DNA of 64,000 nt. Origin: Promethearchaeota archaeon (GTDB taxonomy: Archaea > Asgardarchaeota > Lokiarchaeia > Sigyniarchaeales > SOKP01). Below are positions 37,403 through 48,135 of the stretch, piece after piece. The notes below the pieces were generated by a model. It saw nothing but the letters and a program-made list of their open reading frames with translations. It did not search any database and was not told where the DNA came from. Every line of letters starts with the position of its first letter. Position 1 is the first letter of the stretch. Both the position numbers and the translations under genes were made by a program. The stretch lies in the NCBI GenBank assembly GCA_019894855.1, contig JAGXNS010000003.1, positions 10,024 to 74,023 on the forward strand, given 5' to 3'.

Positions 37403-38072
37403 CCAAGGCGTTATTTGTGGCATTGACGAGGCGGGGAGAGGCCCCGTATTAGGACCAATGGTAATTTGTGGCGTGTGTTTTTTCGAAACTGAGTTAAAAT
37501 TGCTTGTTGATATAGGAGTTAAGGATTCAAAGAAATTATCACCCAAAAAACGGTCTGAGCTAGCTAAAATAATAAAGAAAAAATGTAAAAATTATAAAAC
37601 TATCGTAGTTTCGGCTCAAGAAATCGATGCGAGAGAAAAAAAAAGAATTACTTTGAATAGACTTGAAGAAATTAAGATGGCAGAAATAATCGAAGCGTTA
37701 AAGCCCAACGTTATTTATGTCGACGCTGCAGATGTGAACGAAGCAAGGTTTGGGAAATCTATCCAAAAACTTCTTAAATATTCGCCTACTAAAATAATAT
37801 CTAAACATAAAGCAGATGATTTATACCCGATCGTCTCAGCTAGCTCAATAATTGCAAAAGATACGAGAGATAGCATTATTGAAGAATTAAAAAAGAATTA
37901 CGGAGATTTTGGATCGGGATATCCCTCCGACACGCGATCTATAGAATTTCTGAGAAAATGGGTAATAGAAAAGAAAAAAGCTCCACTGATCGCTAGAAAA
38001 TCTTGGGAAACTACGAAAAAAATAATCAGCGAGGAACTATCTAACACTAAAATAACTGATTTTGTAAAATGA
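37356..38072 (+). CDS. rnhB: Ribonuclease HII
   Basis: GIDEAGRGPVLGPMV, DSKKLS, DAADV, SASSIIAKD. 47-nt overlap with the upstream gene, so the start is uncertain. Confidence 0.85.
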   Translation: MTKRNLLTSYKNQEFNQGVICGIDEAGRGPVLGPMVICGVCFFETELKLLVDIGVKDSKKLSPKKRSELAKIIKKKCKNYKTIVVSAQEIDAREKKRITLNRLEEIKMAEIIEALKPNVIYVDAADVNEARFGKSIQKLLKYSPTKIISKHKADDLYPIVSASSIIAKDTRDSIIEELKKNYGDFGSGYPSDTRSIEFLRKWVIEKKKAPLIARKSWETTKKIISEELSNTKITDFVK

Positions 38073-38111
38073 GATTTACAATCATATCTATTATGATTCC
38101 TCTATTTTAAA

Positions 38112-38870
38112 TTATTTTTGAACAGTTAAAATAATGTGATTTGCAGCGTATTTATGAATGTTTATGCTATCGATTATTACATAACCCGCTTTTTCAATAA
38201 TTTTTTTTTCTTGAATATAAATTTTTTCAGACTTTTCTACGCTGTCAATTGATTGAGATTTTATCGCGAGAATTAAAAATCCCTTATTTTTTAGATAATA
38301 ATTGCAATTTTCAATGGCTATTTGTGCTTGATTAGGTTGAGCGATGTCTTGATAGACTAGATCGATAGGAGTAAAAATAGATTTAGCATAACTTTCTGGA
38401 AAATTAGCATTACCTAATATTGGGATGATGTTCTTTCTCTTATCGGTGTTTTGAATCAATTGTCTCATACTACGTTCAGCAAATTCGACTCCGTAAATAA
38501 CTCCGTTGTAAACAATGTCCGAAAGATGAGAAATTGTAGTTCCAGAGGATGCTCCTAAATACAAGCAACTTAAATCTTTCGTCAAGAATTCCAACGAAGG
38601 CTTTTCCAATATCATCGCAGCTAATTTACTTCTAAAGGGATCCCATTCTCGATATTCCTCTCCTTTAAAAGTAATTAACCTCTCCCCATATACCTTATTG
38701 CCCGGAATTAAGTTTTTAGAATAAAGTTTTGGATTCTGTGGTAACCCCGAAATATAAACATTAGAAAATCTTGGATGGGTTCTTATGTTGATGTTGCTCA
38801 ATTTAACTTTACCACCTTTTTTTTTTACTTGTTTGTTTTTTATTCGATCTAATCTTAGTTTTGGGCTCAC
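38112..38870 (-). CDS. flpA: Fibrillarin-like rRNA/tRNA 2'-O-methyltransferase
   Basis: LYLGASSGTTISHLSDIV SAM motif. An alternative TTG start at 38801 would remove the overlap with nop5. Confidence 0.9.
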   Translation of the reverse strand: MSPKLRLDRIKNKQVKKKGGKVKLSNINIRTHPRFSNVYISGLPQNPKLYSKNLIPGNKVYGERLITFKGEEYREWDPFRSKLAAMILEKPSLEFLTKDLSCLYLGASSGTTISHLSDIVYNGVIYGVEFAERSMRQLIQNTDKRKNIIPILGNANFPESYAKSIFTPIDLVYQDIAQPNQAQIAIENCNYYLKNKGFLILAIKSQSIDSVEKSEKIYIQEKKIIEKAGYVIIDSINIHKYAANHIILTVQK

Positions 38871-40044
38871 TTCTTTTTAATGGAGGTTTAGGATATTTTT
38901 TCTCAATTTCCTGAATTTTATCGTTTATCACCTTTGAAAGCACATCGGCTACAAACTCTCCTCCAAAATAATCTACTTTTGCTGAAATGCCAATTTTTCC
39001 TGATATCACTCGAGATATTTTCCCTCTATTCCATGGTTTACTTCCCCGGATTAGGTTCCACTGAAAAATTAATCCATGTTTTGGGCGTTTTTCACCGGTT
39101 TTAAGGAACCTATATAAAGCCTTTTCAGCTCCCAATAGTTGAATTCTTGAAGCTGGCATGAATGCTAATCTTTTTAAACTTCCCGCTTTTGCTATTAATT
39201 TCGCTCCAATTAAACCTCCAACTAAAGCAAAAAGATTTGGAGCAATTTGTTCCATTACTAAATCTAAATGTACCTCTAATTCATGCGTAAAATCGTCCAA
39301 AGATAAAATTTTATTAGCGTATTTTTTAATTAAGCTAAGATCAATATCTGCTCCCATTGATTGGGAAGCTAAATTCTGCAGCATTTTAATTCTTGCTTCT
39401 TTAAAACCAAACTCTTGATCGATCTTATTATAGGTGAAATTATCACGGTTTCCTAAAACTGAGATGAGTTTTGCTATAAGGACATTATCTTCTATTATTT
39501 TATCAACTAGTTCTGGAAAATGTAAACCATACCATTCTCTCATGCGGCTTGAGAATAAACTTATTGATTTTTTAAGAATATCCAAAGTTTCTATGATTTG
39601 AACAACTTCTACATCTCCTTTACTTCCAAATTGACTAATTTGTTCTTTGATCAGTTGTTCTTCAACTTTCTTAAAGAAAGAGAGAATTTCGTCCCGTGTT
39701 TTCGTGATACCTATTTTTTTCAATTGATCACTCAAATTGAAGCGAAAATTTTTAAATTCTAAAGATAATTTTTCAAAAGAAGTGTTATATCCTAAATTCT
39801 GCATTGTTATGTCTTTTAGTTTTCTATTATCAAACACAAAATCATCAAAACCAGAAGTGTTTAATTCATTCATAAAGTCTAAATACTCTTCTGAGAGAGT
39901 ATCGCTATTTAATGAATTATAAAAATTTATTGATTTTTGAATGTCGTCTAAGAAATCTATATAATTAAGGAAATTTCCTCCATCATCAATAGCAAATATC
40001 CCTATTAAAGAGTCAATAATATAACATCTCATTATTCTATACAC
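38809..40044 (-). CDS. nop5: Nop5 (Nop56/58) C/D box sRNP protein
   Basis: The NOSIC/Nop domain (APNL..LVGGLIGAKLIAKAGSLKRLA, GAEKALFR-like LGAEKALYRF) and a KKxK tail. Confidence 0.9.
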   Translation of the reverse strand: MYRIMRCYIIDSLIGIFAIDDGGNFLNYIDFLDDIQKSINFYNSLNSDTLSEEYLDFMNELNTSGFDDFVFDNRKLKDITMQNLGYNTSFEKLSLEFKNFRFNLSDQLKKIGITKTRDEILSFFKKVEEQLIKEQISQFGSKGDVEVVQIIETLDILKKSISLFSSRMREWYGLHFPELVDKIIEDNVLIAKLISVLGNRDNFTYNKIDQEFGFKEARIKMLQNLASQSMGADIDLSLIKKYANKILSLDDFTHELEVHLDLVMEQIAPNLFALVGGLIGAKLIAKAGSLKRLAFMPASRIQLLGAEKALYRFLKTGEKRPKHGLIFQWNLIRGSKPWNRGKISRVISGKIGISAKVDYFGGEFVADVLSKVINDKIQEIEKKYPKPPLKRSEPKTKIRSNKKQTSKKKRW

Positions 40045-40102
40045 TTGTCTTAGTAAAATTCCTCAAATAATAATAATAATCATTTCTTACATAATAATAG
40101 TA

Positions 40103-41029
40103 ATGCTTGAACTAAATATTTCTGAATTAAAATTAAACTCTCCTTTAATTTTAGCCTCCGGCATTTTAGGTGTTTCTTATTCTAGTATGAAAAGGTTAAT
40201 TGACGCTGGATTTGGCGCAATTACTACTAAATCAATTGGTCCTGTCCGAAGAAAGGGATTTAAGAATCCTTCAATCATTGAAGTTTATAATGGCTCGTTT
40301 TTAAATAGTGTAGGTCTTGGAAATCCAGGAATAAATAGTTTTATTACAGAAATTAAAGAAATTAAAAAATTCGGTTTCCCTTTAATTGTAAGCGTTTTCG
40401 GAGATAACACCGATTCTTACATTGATGTCGCCTCAAAAGCAGAAAAGGCAGGGGCTGACGCTATTGAAATTAACATCTCTTGCCCGCATGCTGAAGTGTC
40501 TAGCATAGGAATTGATAAAAATTTAACTTATTCAGTTGTTAAAGCTATAAAAGAGAAAATAAGTGTTCCTTTGTTTGTTAAACTAAACCCAAACGTAACC
40601 AATATGGACGACATTGCTTTAGCAGCACAGAAGGGGGGTGCCGATGGAGTAGTCGCAATTAACACTCTTGCTGCTATGAAGATTGATATTAACGTAAAAA
40701 GACCTGTTTTATCACATGGAGGCGGAGGGCTTTCAGGAAACGCAATACATCCCATAGCTGTGAAAAAAGTCTACGATCTATATAAAATTTTAAAAATCCC
40801 TATAATTGGATGCGGAGGGGTATCTACTTACGAAGATGCGATTGAATTTTTCTTGGCAGGGGCTTCTGCTGTTCAAATTGGAACTGCTCTGTATCAAGGA
40901 TATGGAATAATCTCCAAAATTAATCAGGGATTAAAAAAATATCTTAAAGAAAACGATTACAATTCAATCTCTGAAATTAAGGGTTTAGCGCATAATTACA
41001 AAACGCAGGAGGTACCCGATTTTGACTAA
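40103..41029 (+). CDS. pyrD: Dihydroorotate dehydrogenase, catalytic subunit (class 1B)
   Basis: NISCPH, GGLSG and GCGG motifs. Confidence 0.9.
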   Translation: MLELNISELKLNSPLILASGILGVSYSSMKRLIDAGFGAITTKSIGPVRRKGFKNPSIIEVYNGSFLNSVGLGNPGINSFITEIKEIKKFGFPLIVSVFGDNTDSYIDVASKAEKAGADAIEINISCPHAEVSSIGIDKNLTYSVVKAIKEKISVPLFVKLNPNVTNMDDIALAAQKGGADGVVAINTLAAMKIDINVKRPVLSHGGGGLSGNAIHPIAVKKVYDLYKILKIPIIGCGGVSTYEDAIEFFLAGASAVQIGTALYQGYGIISKINQGLKKYLKENDYNSISEIKGLAHNYKTQEVPDFD

Positions 41030-41858
41030 AAACATGGTTAAAACAGTAAAAATAACGAAAATCATCGACGAATGCCATGGAGTAAAAACTATCATATTTA
41101 ACAAACAAAATTTGATAAAACCTAAACCGGGACAGTTCCTAATGATTTGGTTACCTGGTGTTGATGAAATTCCAATGTCAATATCGTCTTATGGCGATAA
41201 TGATGAGTGGTCTATAACTGTTCAAAATGTTGGGGAATGTACTAATGCGATTCACCAACTTAAAATAGGAGATTATATTGGAGTTAGAGGACCAATCGGT
41301 AACTACTTTAACATACCTCAAGAAAGGAATAAAAATTTGTTTTTGATCGGGGGCGGAATAGGGGTTGCTCCACTTAAATTTCTCGCTTCAGAATTACAAA
41401 GATTGAAGCATAATTTTAAGTTAATCCTTGGTGCAAAATTAAAAAATCAACTTGTATTCAAGAACGAAATGATTTATCACAATCAAGAAGGGTTTGAAGT
41501 TCATTTCTGCACTGATGATGGTAGTTATGGCGAAAAAGGATTTGCTACAGAAATCTTCGAGAGTCTTATTAAAAGCATGACCAGAAAGGAGTTACAAAAT
41601 ACGGTAGTTTTTACCTGTGGTCCCGAAATTATGATGCTTAAGTTGCTTCACATATGCCTTGAAAATAAAATTGAACTTCAAGCAAGTCTTGAAAGAATTA
41701 TGAGGTGTGGTTGTGGCTTGTGTGGTTTATGCGTTATCGATCCTCTTGGGTTATTAGTTTGTAATGATGGACCCATTTTTACATCAACTATTTTAGAGAA
41801 AATGGAAGATTTTGGAAAATATAGGAGAGATTTTTCTGGGAAAAAAATATCACTTTAG
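41022..41858 (+). CDS. pyrK: Dihydroorotate dehydrogenase electron-transfer subunit
   Basis: FAD/NAD fold with the 2Fe-2S motif MRCGCGLCGLC. Overlaps pyrD. Confidence 0.85.
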   Translation: MTKNMVKTVKITKIIDECHGVKTIIFNKQNLIKPKPGQFLMIWLPGVDEIPMSISSYGDNDEWSITVQNVGECTNAIHQLKIGDYIGVRGPIGNYFNIPQERNKNLFLIGGGIGVAPLKFLASELQRLKHNFKLILGAKLKNQLVFKNEMIYHNQEGFEVHFCTDDGSYGEKGFATEIFESLIKSMTRKELQNTVVFTCGPEIMMLKLLHICLENKIELQASLERIMRCGCGLCGLCVIDPLGLLVCNDGPIFTSTILEKMEDFGKYRRDFSGKKISL

Positions 41859-41914
41859 AAAATATTGTTATTTGCTCCAAAAAATACAAAATTTTTTTTC
41901 TTTTACCACATAAT

Positions 41915-43555
41915 ATGCTATATAGAATGAATGACCTCACAAATTCTGAAATAGAACATAAAATCTCCAGAGAAATTATCGAATATTTACTAAAAAATCC
42001 AGATACTCCTCGCTATAAAATTACAAACCTTAAAGGAAAATTTGGAAAGAAATATAAGTATCATAAAGTTATTAAGAACGCTCAAATTCTGCATAATGCT
42101 ACTGAAGAGGAATTACGAGTTGTTACACAACTCTTAAAGAGAAGAATAACAAGAACCATTTCAGGCGTTTCTGTCATTGCAATAATGACAAAACCTCTTC
42201 CTTGCCCCGGAAAATGTGTATATTGTCCCGGACAAGATTCTCAACCGGATCAAAAAGTAGCTCAATCGTATACCGGTCATGAACCGGCTGCGATGAGATC
42301 TATCCATAATAATTATGATCCTTATGAACAAGTACGGAGTAGGATCAGAGATTTAGAGGCGATTGGCCATATTGTTGATAAAATCGAGATAGTTTGTATG
42401 GGAGGAACATTTTTATCATCACCTATCGACTATCAAGAAGAATTCATCAAAGGAGCATACGAAGGAGTAATTGGGGCCAAAGTTATTTCGTTAGAAGCAG
42501 CCAAAAAACTAGCGGAGAATTCAAAAAGAAGACTAATAGGATTGACAATTGAAACTCGGCCTGACTATTGTACAGAGTCTTATGTAGATATGATGCTGAA
42601 TTATGGAGCAACAAGAGTAGAAATTGGGATTCAAACGGTTTTAGATGATGTTTACAAAAAAGTGAATAGAGGGCATACAACCCAAGACAGCATTGATGCT
42701 ATAAGGATTGCAAAAGACGCTGGTTTAAAAGTAAATGCTCATATTATGCCTAATCTACCCGGTTCTAACTACTCTAAGGATTTAGAAATGTTTGATGTTC
42801 TTTTTTCTTATCCCGGTTACCGTCCAGATATGTTGAAAATTTACCCTTGTGTGGTAATTAAAGGAACTATATTATATAATTGGTGGAAAGAAGGCGAATT
42901 TACACCATATTCATTAGATGAATTGGTTGAATTAATATCAAATGTAAAACAAAAAATCCCTTCTTATGTGAGAATACAGAGAATTATGAGAGATATACCT
43001 GCGTTTCTAATTGAAGCAGGATGTAAAAAGAGTAATTTAAGACAATTAATACACAAAAGATTAGAAGAACAACATTCAAAATGTAATTGCATAAGATGTC
43101 GAGAATATGGAATAGCTAAAAAATCTAAAATTTTTGATGAAAATATATTTGAAAATATTAAATTATATCGTCAAGATTATGAAGCTTCTAATGGACAAGA
43201 AACATTTCTATCTTACGAAAATAAAAAGGAAGATTATCTCGTAGCATACTTGAGATTAAGAAAACCTTCAGAATACGCTCATAGACCCGAGTTGAATGAT
43301 GGAAAAACAATGGTAGTAAGGGAAGTTAAAGTCGTAGGCGAACTAGTTCCTAAAGATAAAAAACCGCTTAGGAATACACAACTTCAACATCGCGGATTTG
43401 GTAAACTACTAATGGAAAATGCTGAAAAAATTGCTCTTGAAGATTTTGACTCTAAAAAATTAGCTGTAATAAGTGGTATAGGTGTGAGGACCTGGTTTTA
43501 TGAGCTTGGTTATACTCTTGATGGATGCTATGTCTCAAAAACCTTAAATGATTAA
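41915..43555 (+). CDS. elp3: Elp3-type radical SAM / GNAT tRNA modification enzyme
   Basis: PCPGKCVYCPG cluster, and a C-terminal GNAT with QHRGFGKLLM. Confidence 0.9.
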   Translation: MLYRMNDLTNSEIEHKISREIIEYLLKNPDTPRYKITNLKGKFGKKYKYHKVIKNAQILHNATEEELRVVTQLLKRRITRTISGVSVIAIMTKPLPCPGKCVYCPGQDSQPDQKVAQSYTGHEPAAMRSIHNNYDPYEQVRSRIRDLEAIGHIVDKIEIVCMGGTFLSSPIDYQEEFIKGAYEGVIGAKVISLEAAKKLAENSKRRLIGLTIETRPDYCTESYVDMMLNYGATRVEIGIQTVLDDVYKKVNRGHTTQDSIDAIRIAKDAGLKVNAHIMPNLPGSNYSKDLEMFDVLFSYPGYRPDMLKIYPCVVIKGTILYNWWKEGEFTPYSLDELVELISNVKQKIPSYVRIQRIMRDIPAFLIEAGCKKSNLRQLIHKRLEEQHSKCNCIRCREYGIAKKSKIFDENIFENIKLYRQDYEASNGQETFLSYENKKEDYLVAYLRLRKPSEYAHRPELNDGKTMVVREVKVVGELVPKDKKPLRNTQLQHRGFGKLLMENAEKIALEDFDSKKLAVISGIGVRTWFYELGYTLDGCYVSKTLND

Positions 43556-43872
43556 TTTTTTCTATTTGATTTATTTTAATAAGAGTTAAAGATTAATACA
43601 AAAAAAATTAAATCTTATTAAATTTATCAAATTACCATCTTAACTATTTGTGATCTATATTGGTAGGAAAATCGTTAGAAGAACTTGTTCGAGAAATTCC
43701 TCATCTTTCCTTATAGCAAATAAGCATTTTATCAGCTGCATAAAAATTATAAAAATAAACTTGATTTCTTATCTTAATGAACTAAATTTTAGATTTTCCA
43801 TACAATATATTAAAATTATAAAATGAATTAAACAGTTCATAGTAGAACGATATAAATCTCAAATGATTTAAC

Positions 43873-45792
43873 ATGTATGATTTTGATTATGACGAATTAG
43901 GAATGAAGTGCGGCTTGGAAATTCATCAACAACTGAATACTAAGAAGAAACTATTTTGTAGATGCCCAAGTAAACTTCTGGGTAAAAAAGAATCTGATTT
44001 TACCATAAAACGATTAATGAGACCCGTTTTAGGTGAGATGGGAACCTTTGATAAAGCAATGCTTACTGAATATGAGAAGAACATAAATATAGAATACGAA
44101 TGTTATAATGATGAGATTTGTACCTATGAATTAGACGAAACTCCTCCTTTTTCATGTAATAATGAGGCGAGAAAAATCGCTTTAAAAATTGCTCTGCTTT
44201 TAAATTCCAACATTATTGAAGAAATGCATGTCTGCAGGAAGAATTATCTCGATGGAAGCGTCCCTTCTGGGTTTCAAAGAACAATGATCCTTGGAACAGA
44301 TGGTTTTGTTACGTTAAAAACTGGAAAAAAAGTGAGAATAGAGATTTTAAGCTTAGAAGAAGATTCAGCAAGGAAAATAAAAACTATTAATAAAACTAAT
44401 TATTTCCGCTTAGATAGGTTAGGAATTCCTTTAGTTGAAATCACAACTAAGCCTGATATAAATAACCCTGAGGAATGTAGAGAGTGTGCTGAGCGTTTAG
44501 GATTATTATTATGGTCTACAAATGTGAAGAAAGTTCTCGGTTCAATTCGACAAGATATTAATGTCAGCATAAAAAAAGGGACGAGAATTGAAATTAAAGG
44601 CGTTCAGAAGTTAGAATGGATACCAATCCTTATAAATCACGAGATATCACGTCAAATTGGACTTCTGAATGTTAAAGAAGAATTAGAACGAAGAAAATTA
44701 ACTGAACGAGATGTTCATGATAAACATTCTGATTTGACAGAAATTTTCTCTAATGAGAGCTCTAATTTAGCGTCTAAAGAGATATCCTCTGGTAAGAAGC
44801 TTTACGGTATAAATTTAAAAGGATTTAAAGACATTTTTGGAAAACTTTTAATTAAAGATTATCGATTTGGAACAGAAGTAAGTAGTAAAGTTAAATCTCT
44901 GACTGGATTAAATGGAATTATCCATTCTGATGAAGATCTTAAAAAATACAATTTTTCCGAAAGCGATGTTAAAAAAATTAAAAATAATCTGAATTCAAAG
45001 GAAGAGGATTGTTTTGTCTTGGTTTTAGGAACAGAAGAAAAAGTGTCTAAAGCAATAACTACTGTAGTAGAACGAGTGAAACAAGCATTCAAAGGAGTTC
45101 CTCCAGAAACTAGGAAAGCTTTAGAAAATGGCAATACTGAATTTTTAAGAGAATTGCATGGTGGTGCAAGGTTGTATCCTGACACGGACTCAAGGGCAAT
45201 TATGAACGATATCAAAGAAATTAACGAGATTAAAGGAAATCTACCCGATTATCCATGGAATGTAATAAAAGAATATGCTAAATCTTATCACATAGAAGAA
45301 TCATCGGTAAAACAGTTGTTTTTCACTGGAAAATTAAACCTCTTCAAAAAATTAATCAAAATTTATCCAGATAATCCATCTATAATTATAAACAAGATTC
45401 TAAATACTACTACAGCTCTTCGACGTGAAGGCAAAGATGTCGGTAATATTAAGGAATCTGATTTCGAAGAGATTTTCATGTATTTAAAAAATAAAGAGAT
45501 TAGTAAAGAAGCGATAGAAGAAATTATGATAATGAAAGCTGATCATCCCGAACTTACAATTATCGAAATAAAAGAACGCTTAAAGCTTGAAAGTATAAGT
45601 TTGGAAGAATTATCTAAAATAATTGATGATGTGATAGATAATAACATCGAAATTGTTAAACAAAAAGGTATGAGGGCAATTGGACCTCTCATGGGAGAAG
45701 TGATGAAAAAAGTGAGAGGGAAAATCGATGGAGCAATTATTTCAAGAGAAATGAAGAATAAATTAAGTTTAAAATTAAAGGAGTTGAAGTAA
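43873..45792 (+). CDS. gatE: Glu-tRNA(Gln) amidotransferase subunit E
   Basis: The N-terminus GLEIHQQL is GatB/E-like. Archaeal length. Followed directly by gatD. Confidence 0.9.
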   Translation: MYDFDYDELGMKCGLEIHQQLNTKKKLFCRCPSKLLGKKESDFTIKRLMRPVLGEMGTFDKAMLTEYEKNINIEYECYNDEICTYELDETPPFSCNNEARKIALKIALLLNSNIIEEMHVCRKNYLDGSVPSGFQRTMILGTDGFVTLKTGKKVRIEILSLEEDSARKIKTINKTNYFRLDRLGIPLVEITTKPDINNPEECRECAERLGLLLWSTNVKKVLGSIRQDINVSIKKGTRIEIKGVQKLEWIPILINHEISRQIGLLNVKEELERRKLTERDVHDKHSDLTEIFSNESSNLASKEISSGKKLYGINLKGFKDIFGKLLIKDYRFGTEVSSKVKSLTGLNGIIHSDEDLKKYNFSESDVKKIKNNLNSKEEDCFVLVLGTEEKVSKAITTVVERVKQAFKGVPPETRKALENGNTEFLRELHGGARLYPDTDSRAIMNDIKEINEIKGNLPDYPWNVIKEYAKSYHIEESSVKQLFFTGKLNLFKKLIKIYPDNPSIIINKILNTTTALRREGKDVGNIKESDFEEIFMYLKNKEISKEAIEEIMIMKADHPELTIIEIKERLKLESISLEELSKIIDDVIDNNIEIVKQKGMRAIGPLMGEVMKKVRGKIDGAIISREMKNKLSLKLKELK

Positions 45793-47163
45793 ATGAGTGA
45801 TTCGTTAAAAGGATATAAAGAAAAAGCTAGAGAATACCTAGAAAAGAATAATATTCAAATTTGGGATATCGTCGAATTAAAAACAAAAAAAACCACTTTA
45901 CAAGGGATAATTTTACCCAGAAATGAGTATTCTGCTCCTAATTTTATTGAAATTAAATTAAAAAACAATTATAATTTAGGCATTAATTTAAACGATGTAA
46001 TAGAGATTACAAAAACCGGTAAAAAAGAGGCAATCTATAAAATTCCAGAAAAAAAATTCCCAAAAAATAAAAATTTACCAAACATCAAACTTCTGGGTAC
46101 AGGAGGAACAGTGGCATCAAGGCTAGATTATACTACCGGTGCGGTTATCCCCTCTTTCACTCCTGGAGAATTGTTTAGTTCCGTCCCAGAATTAGCAGAG
46201 GTATGTAACCTTGAATGTGAGACTGCTTTTGAGATTTTATCGGAAAACATGAAACCAGAATATTGGCAAGAACTAGCAGAAAAGATTAAAAGCGCAGCAG
46301 ACGATGGAATCGACGGAATATTAATAGGACACGGAACCGACACGATGAGCTTTACAAGTGCTGCTTTAGCTTTCATGCTTGAGAATTTGTCTATTCCTAT
46401 AGTGATTACAGGAAGTCAAAGAAGCTCTGATCGTCCATCCTCTGATGCCGCTATTAATTTGATAAACGCTGCTGTTGTAGCAAGTTCAGATATTTCGGAA
46501 GTTTTGGTCACAATGTTAGGATCCTCTTCACACGATTATGGGTTAATCCATAGGGGTACACTCGTCAGAAAAATGCATTCATCACTAAGAGAGGCATTCC
46601 GTACTATTGATCAAGTTCCACTAGGCATGATCCAAAACAGAAAAATTAAGATGTTTAGTTCAGATTATAAGAAGAGATCAAATCGAGAAATTATATTAAA
46701 GACAAAATTTGAGAAGAAGATCGCACTAGTCTACTCTTACCCTGGTATGGAAAGTGAATTAATTGATTTTTATATCGATAAGGGCTATAAAGGAATAGTA
46801 TTTGCAGGGACAGGACTAGGTCACATTAGCACATATGTTCATGAAACTATTAAAAGAGCAATTCAAGAAGGAATCACTATCCTAATGACCACTCAAACCT
46901 TGCATGGGTTCGTTGGAATGGACGTATATTCCACTGGGAGAGAGTTACAAAATCTTGGTGTTATTCCTGGAAAGAATATTTTACCAGAGGTAGGTTACGT
47001 TAAACTTGGTTGGGTTCTTGGCCAAACGCAAGATTCAAATGAAATTAAAAATCTACTATTAACAAATATCGCTGGAGAGTTTATAGATAGGGAACTACCA
47101 ATCGCTTTTAATTACAACATTGATAGACTATTGAAGAGTAAAACCTTTGTAAAAAATCAATAG
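45793..47163 (+). CDS. gatD: Glu-tRNA(Gln) amidotransferase subunit D (asparaginase-like)
   Basis: GTGGTVAS and HGTDTM asparaginase motifs. Confidence 0.9.
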   Translation: MSDSLKGYKEKAREYLEKNNIQIWDIVELKTKKTTLQGIILPRNEYSAPNFIEIKLKNNYNLGINLNDVIEITKTGKKEAIYKIPEKKFPKNKNLPNIKLLGTGGTVASRLDYTTGAVIPSFTPGELFSSVPELAEVCNLECETAFEILSENMKPEYWQELAEKIKSAADDGIDGILIGHGTDTMSFTSAALAFMLENLSIPIVITGSQRSSDRPSSDAAINLINAAVVASSDISEVLVTMLGSSSHDYGLIHRGTLVRKMHSSLREAFRTIDQVPLGMIQNRKIKMFSSDYKKRSNREIILKTKFEKKIALVYSYPGMESELIDFYIDKGYKGIVFAGTGLGHISTYVHETIKRAIQEGITILMTTQTLHGFVGMDVYSTGRELQNLGVIPGKNILPEVGYVKLGWVLGQTQDSNEIKNLLLTNIAGEFIDRELPIAFNYNIDRLLKSKTFVKNQ

Positions 47164-47250
47164 TTTTTTCTTACAAATCTATAATTGCTATGCAAAATAA
47201 TAAAAAATTTAAACTTTTATTAATTAGATATTACTAATTCGATAAAGTAA

Positions 47251-47988
47251 GTGATCTTTATGGGAAAGCGTATATTAGCTCAAAGAAAAGGATACGGCCA
47301 TTTATGGGCTCGATCTCCAAGTCACCGACATGTAGGAAAGGTAAAGTATCGCCCCTTCAAGAAAGATGAAAAATTGTTAAAATTTAAAGTGATTGAATTC
47401 CTCCACGCTCCAGGTAGAGGAGCCCCAGTAGCTAGAATTAGGTACGAAGACGGTGTAAAAAGTTTATGGCTACCTCCAGAAGGAATATATGAAGGACAAG
47501 AATTTCTCCAATCAAAAACGGGATACGGGCAAGAAGTAAAAGTCGGAAATATCCTACCTATTAAAAAGATACCAATAGGAACGCTTGTATTTAACATCGA
47601 AGGTACTCCGCTAGACGGTGGTAAATTCGCGAGAGCATCCGGAGTTTCTGCAATCGTTCGAAACAAATCTGGAAAAAATATTGAAGTGTTATTTCGGTCA
47701 AAAAAAACTAAATGGTTTAATGAAAATTGCCTTTGCACCGTAGGAGTAGTTGCAGGTGGAGGTAGAACAGATAAACCTTTCCTGAAAGCAGGAAACGCAC
47801 ACCACGCTTACCGCTCTAAAGCAAAAAAATGGCCGGTCGTTCGGGGAGTTGCTATGAACGCAGCAAGCCACCCATATGGCGGAGGCGCAAAACAAAGCCC
47901 CCATAAACCAACAACCACTTCTAGAAATGCTCCTCCTGGTCGAAAGGTTGGTCAAATCGCAGCTAGGCGTACAGGTCATCAAAATTAA
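47251..47988 (+). CDS. rpl2: Ribosomal protein uL2
   Basis: MGKRILAQRKG..., GRGAPVA, VRGVAMNA..HPYGGG, APPGRKVG. The likely start is ATG 47260. Confidence 0.95.
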   Translation: MIFMGKRILAQRKGYGHLWARSPSHRHVGKVKYRPFKKDEKLLKFKVIEFLHAPGRGAPVARIRYEDGVKSLWLPPEGIYEGQEFLQSKTGYGQEVKVGNILPIKKIPIGTLVFNIEGTPLDGGKFARASGVSAIVRNKSGKNIEVLFRSKKTKWFNENCLCTVGVVAGGGRTDKPFLKAGNAHHAYRSKAKKWPVVRGVAMNAASHPYGGGAKQSPHKPTTTSRNAPPGRKVGQIAARRTGHQN

Positions 47989-48135
47989 AATCTGTTTTTA
48001 ATACTTCTCTTTCTACAATACAGCCATTGTGATATTTTTACTGGAATATTTGCTTTTTAATAACAATTTAAAAAAAGAATAATAATTGATCATAGATTAT
48101 TTCATATATAGAGATAATAAAAGAGTTAAGTAGCT

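Noticed and set aside
38809-38870. 62-nt overlap between fibrillarin and nop5
   Set aside because: It is probably an artefact of choosing the most upstream ATG. An in-frame TTG at 38799-38801 gives a 229-aa fibrillarin starting just after the nop5 stop.
43556-43872. Long 317-bp intergenic region before gatE as an ncRNA or tRNA locus
   Set aside because: It is uniformly AT-rich with no GC-rich stems, cloverleaf or C/D-box pairs that I could recognise. There is only an 18-codon ORF fragment. I treated it as a promoter or spacer region.
47322-47982. Minus-strand ORFs of 138 and 94 aa
   Set aside because: They are antisense to the highly conserved uL2 gene. Other antisense ORFs in the track (for example 2473..2713, 29262..29651, 30724..31275, 44859..45215, 59300..59704, 61307..62021) were rejected for the same reason.
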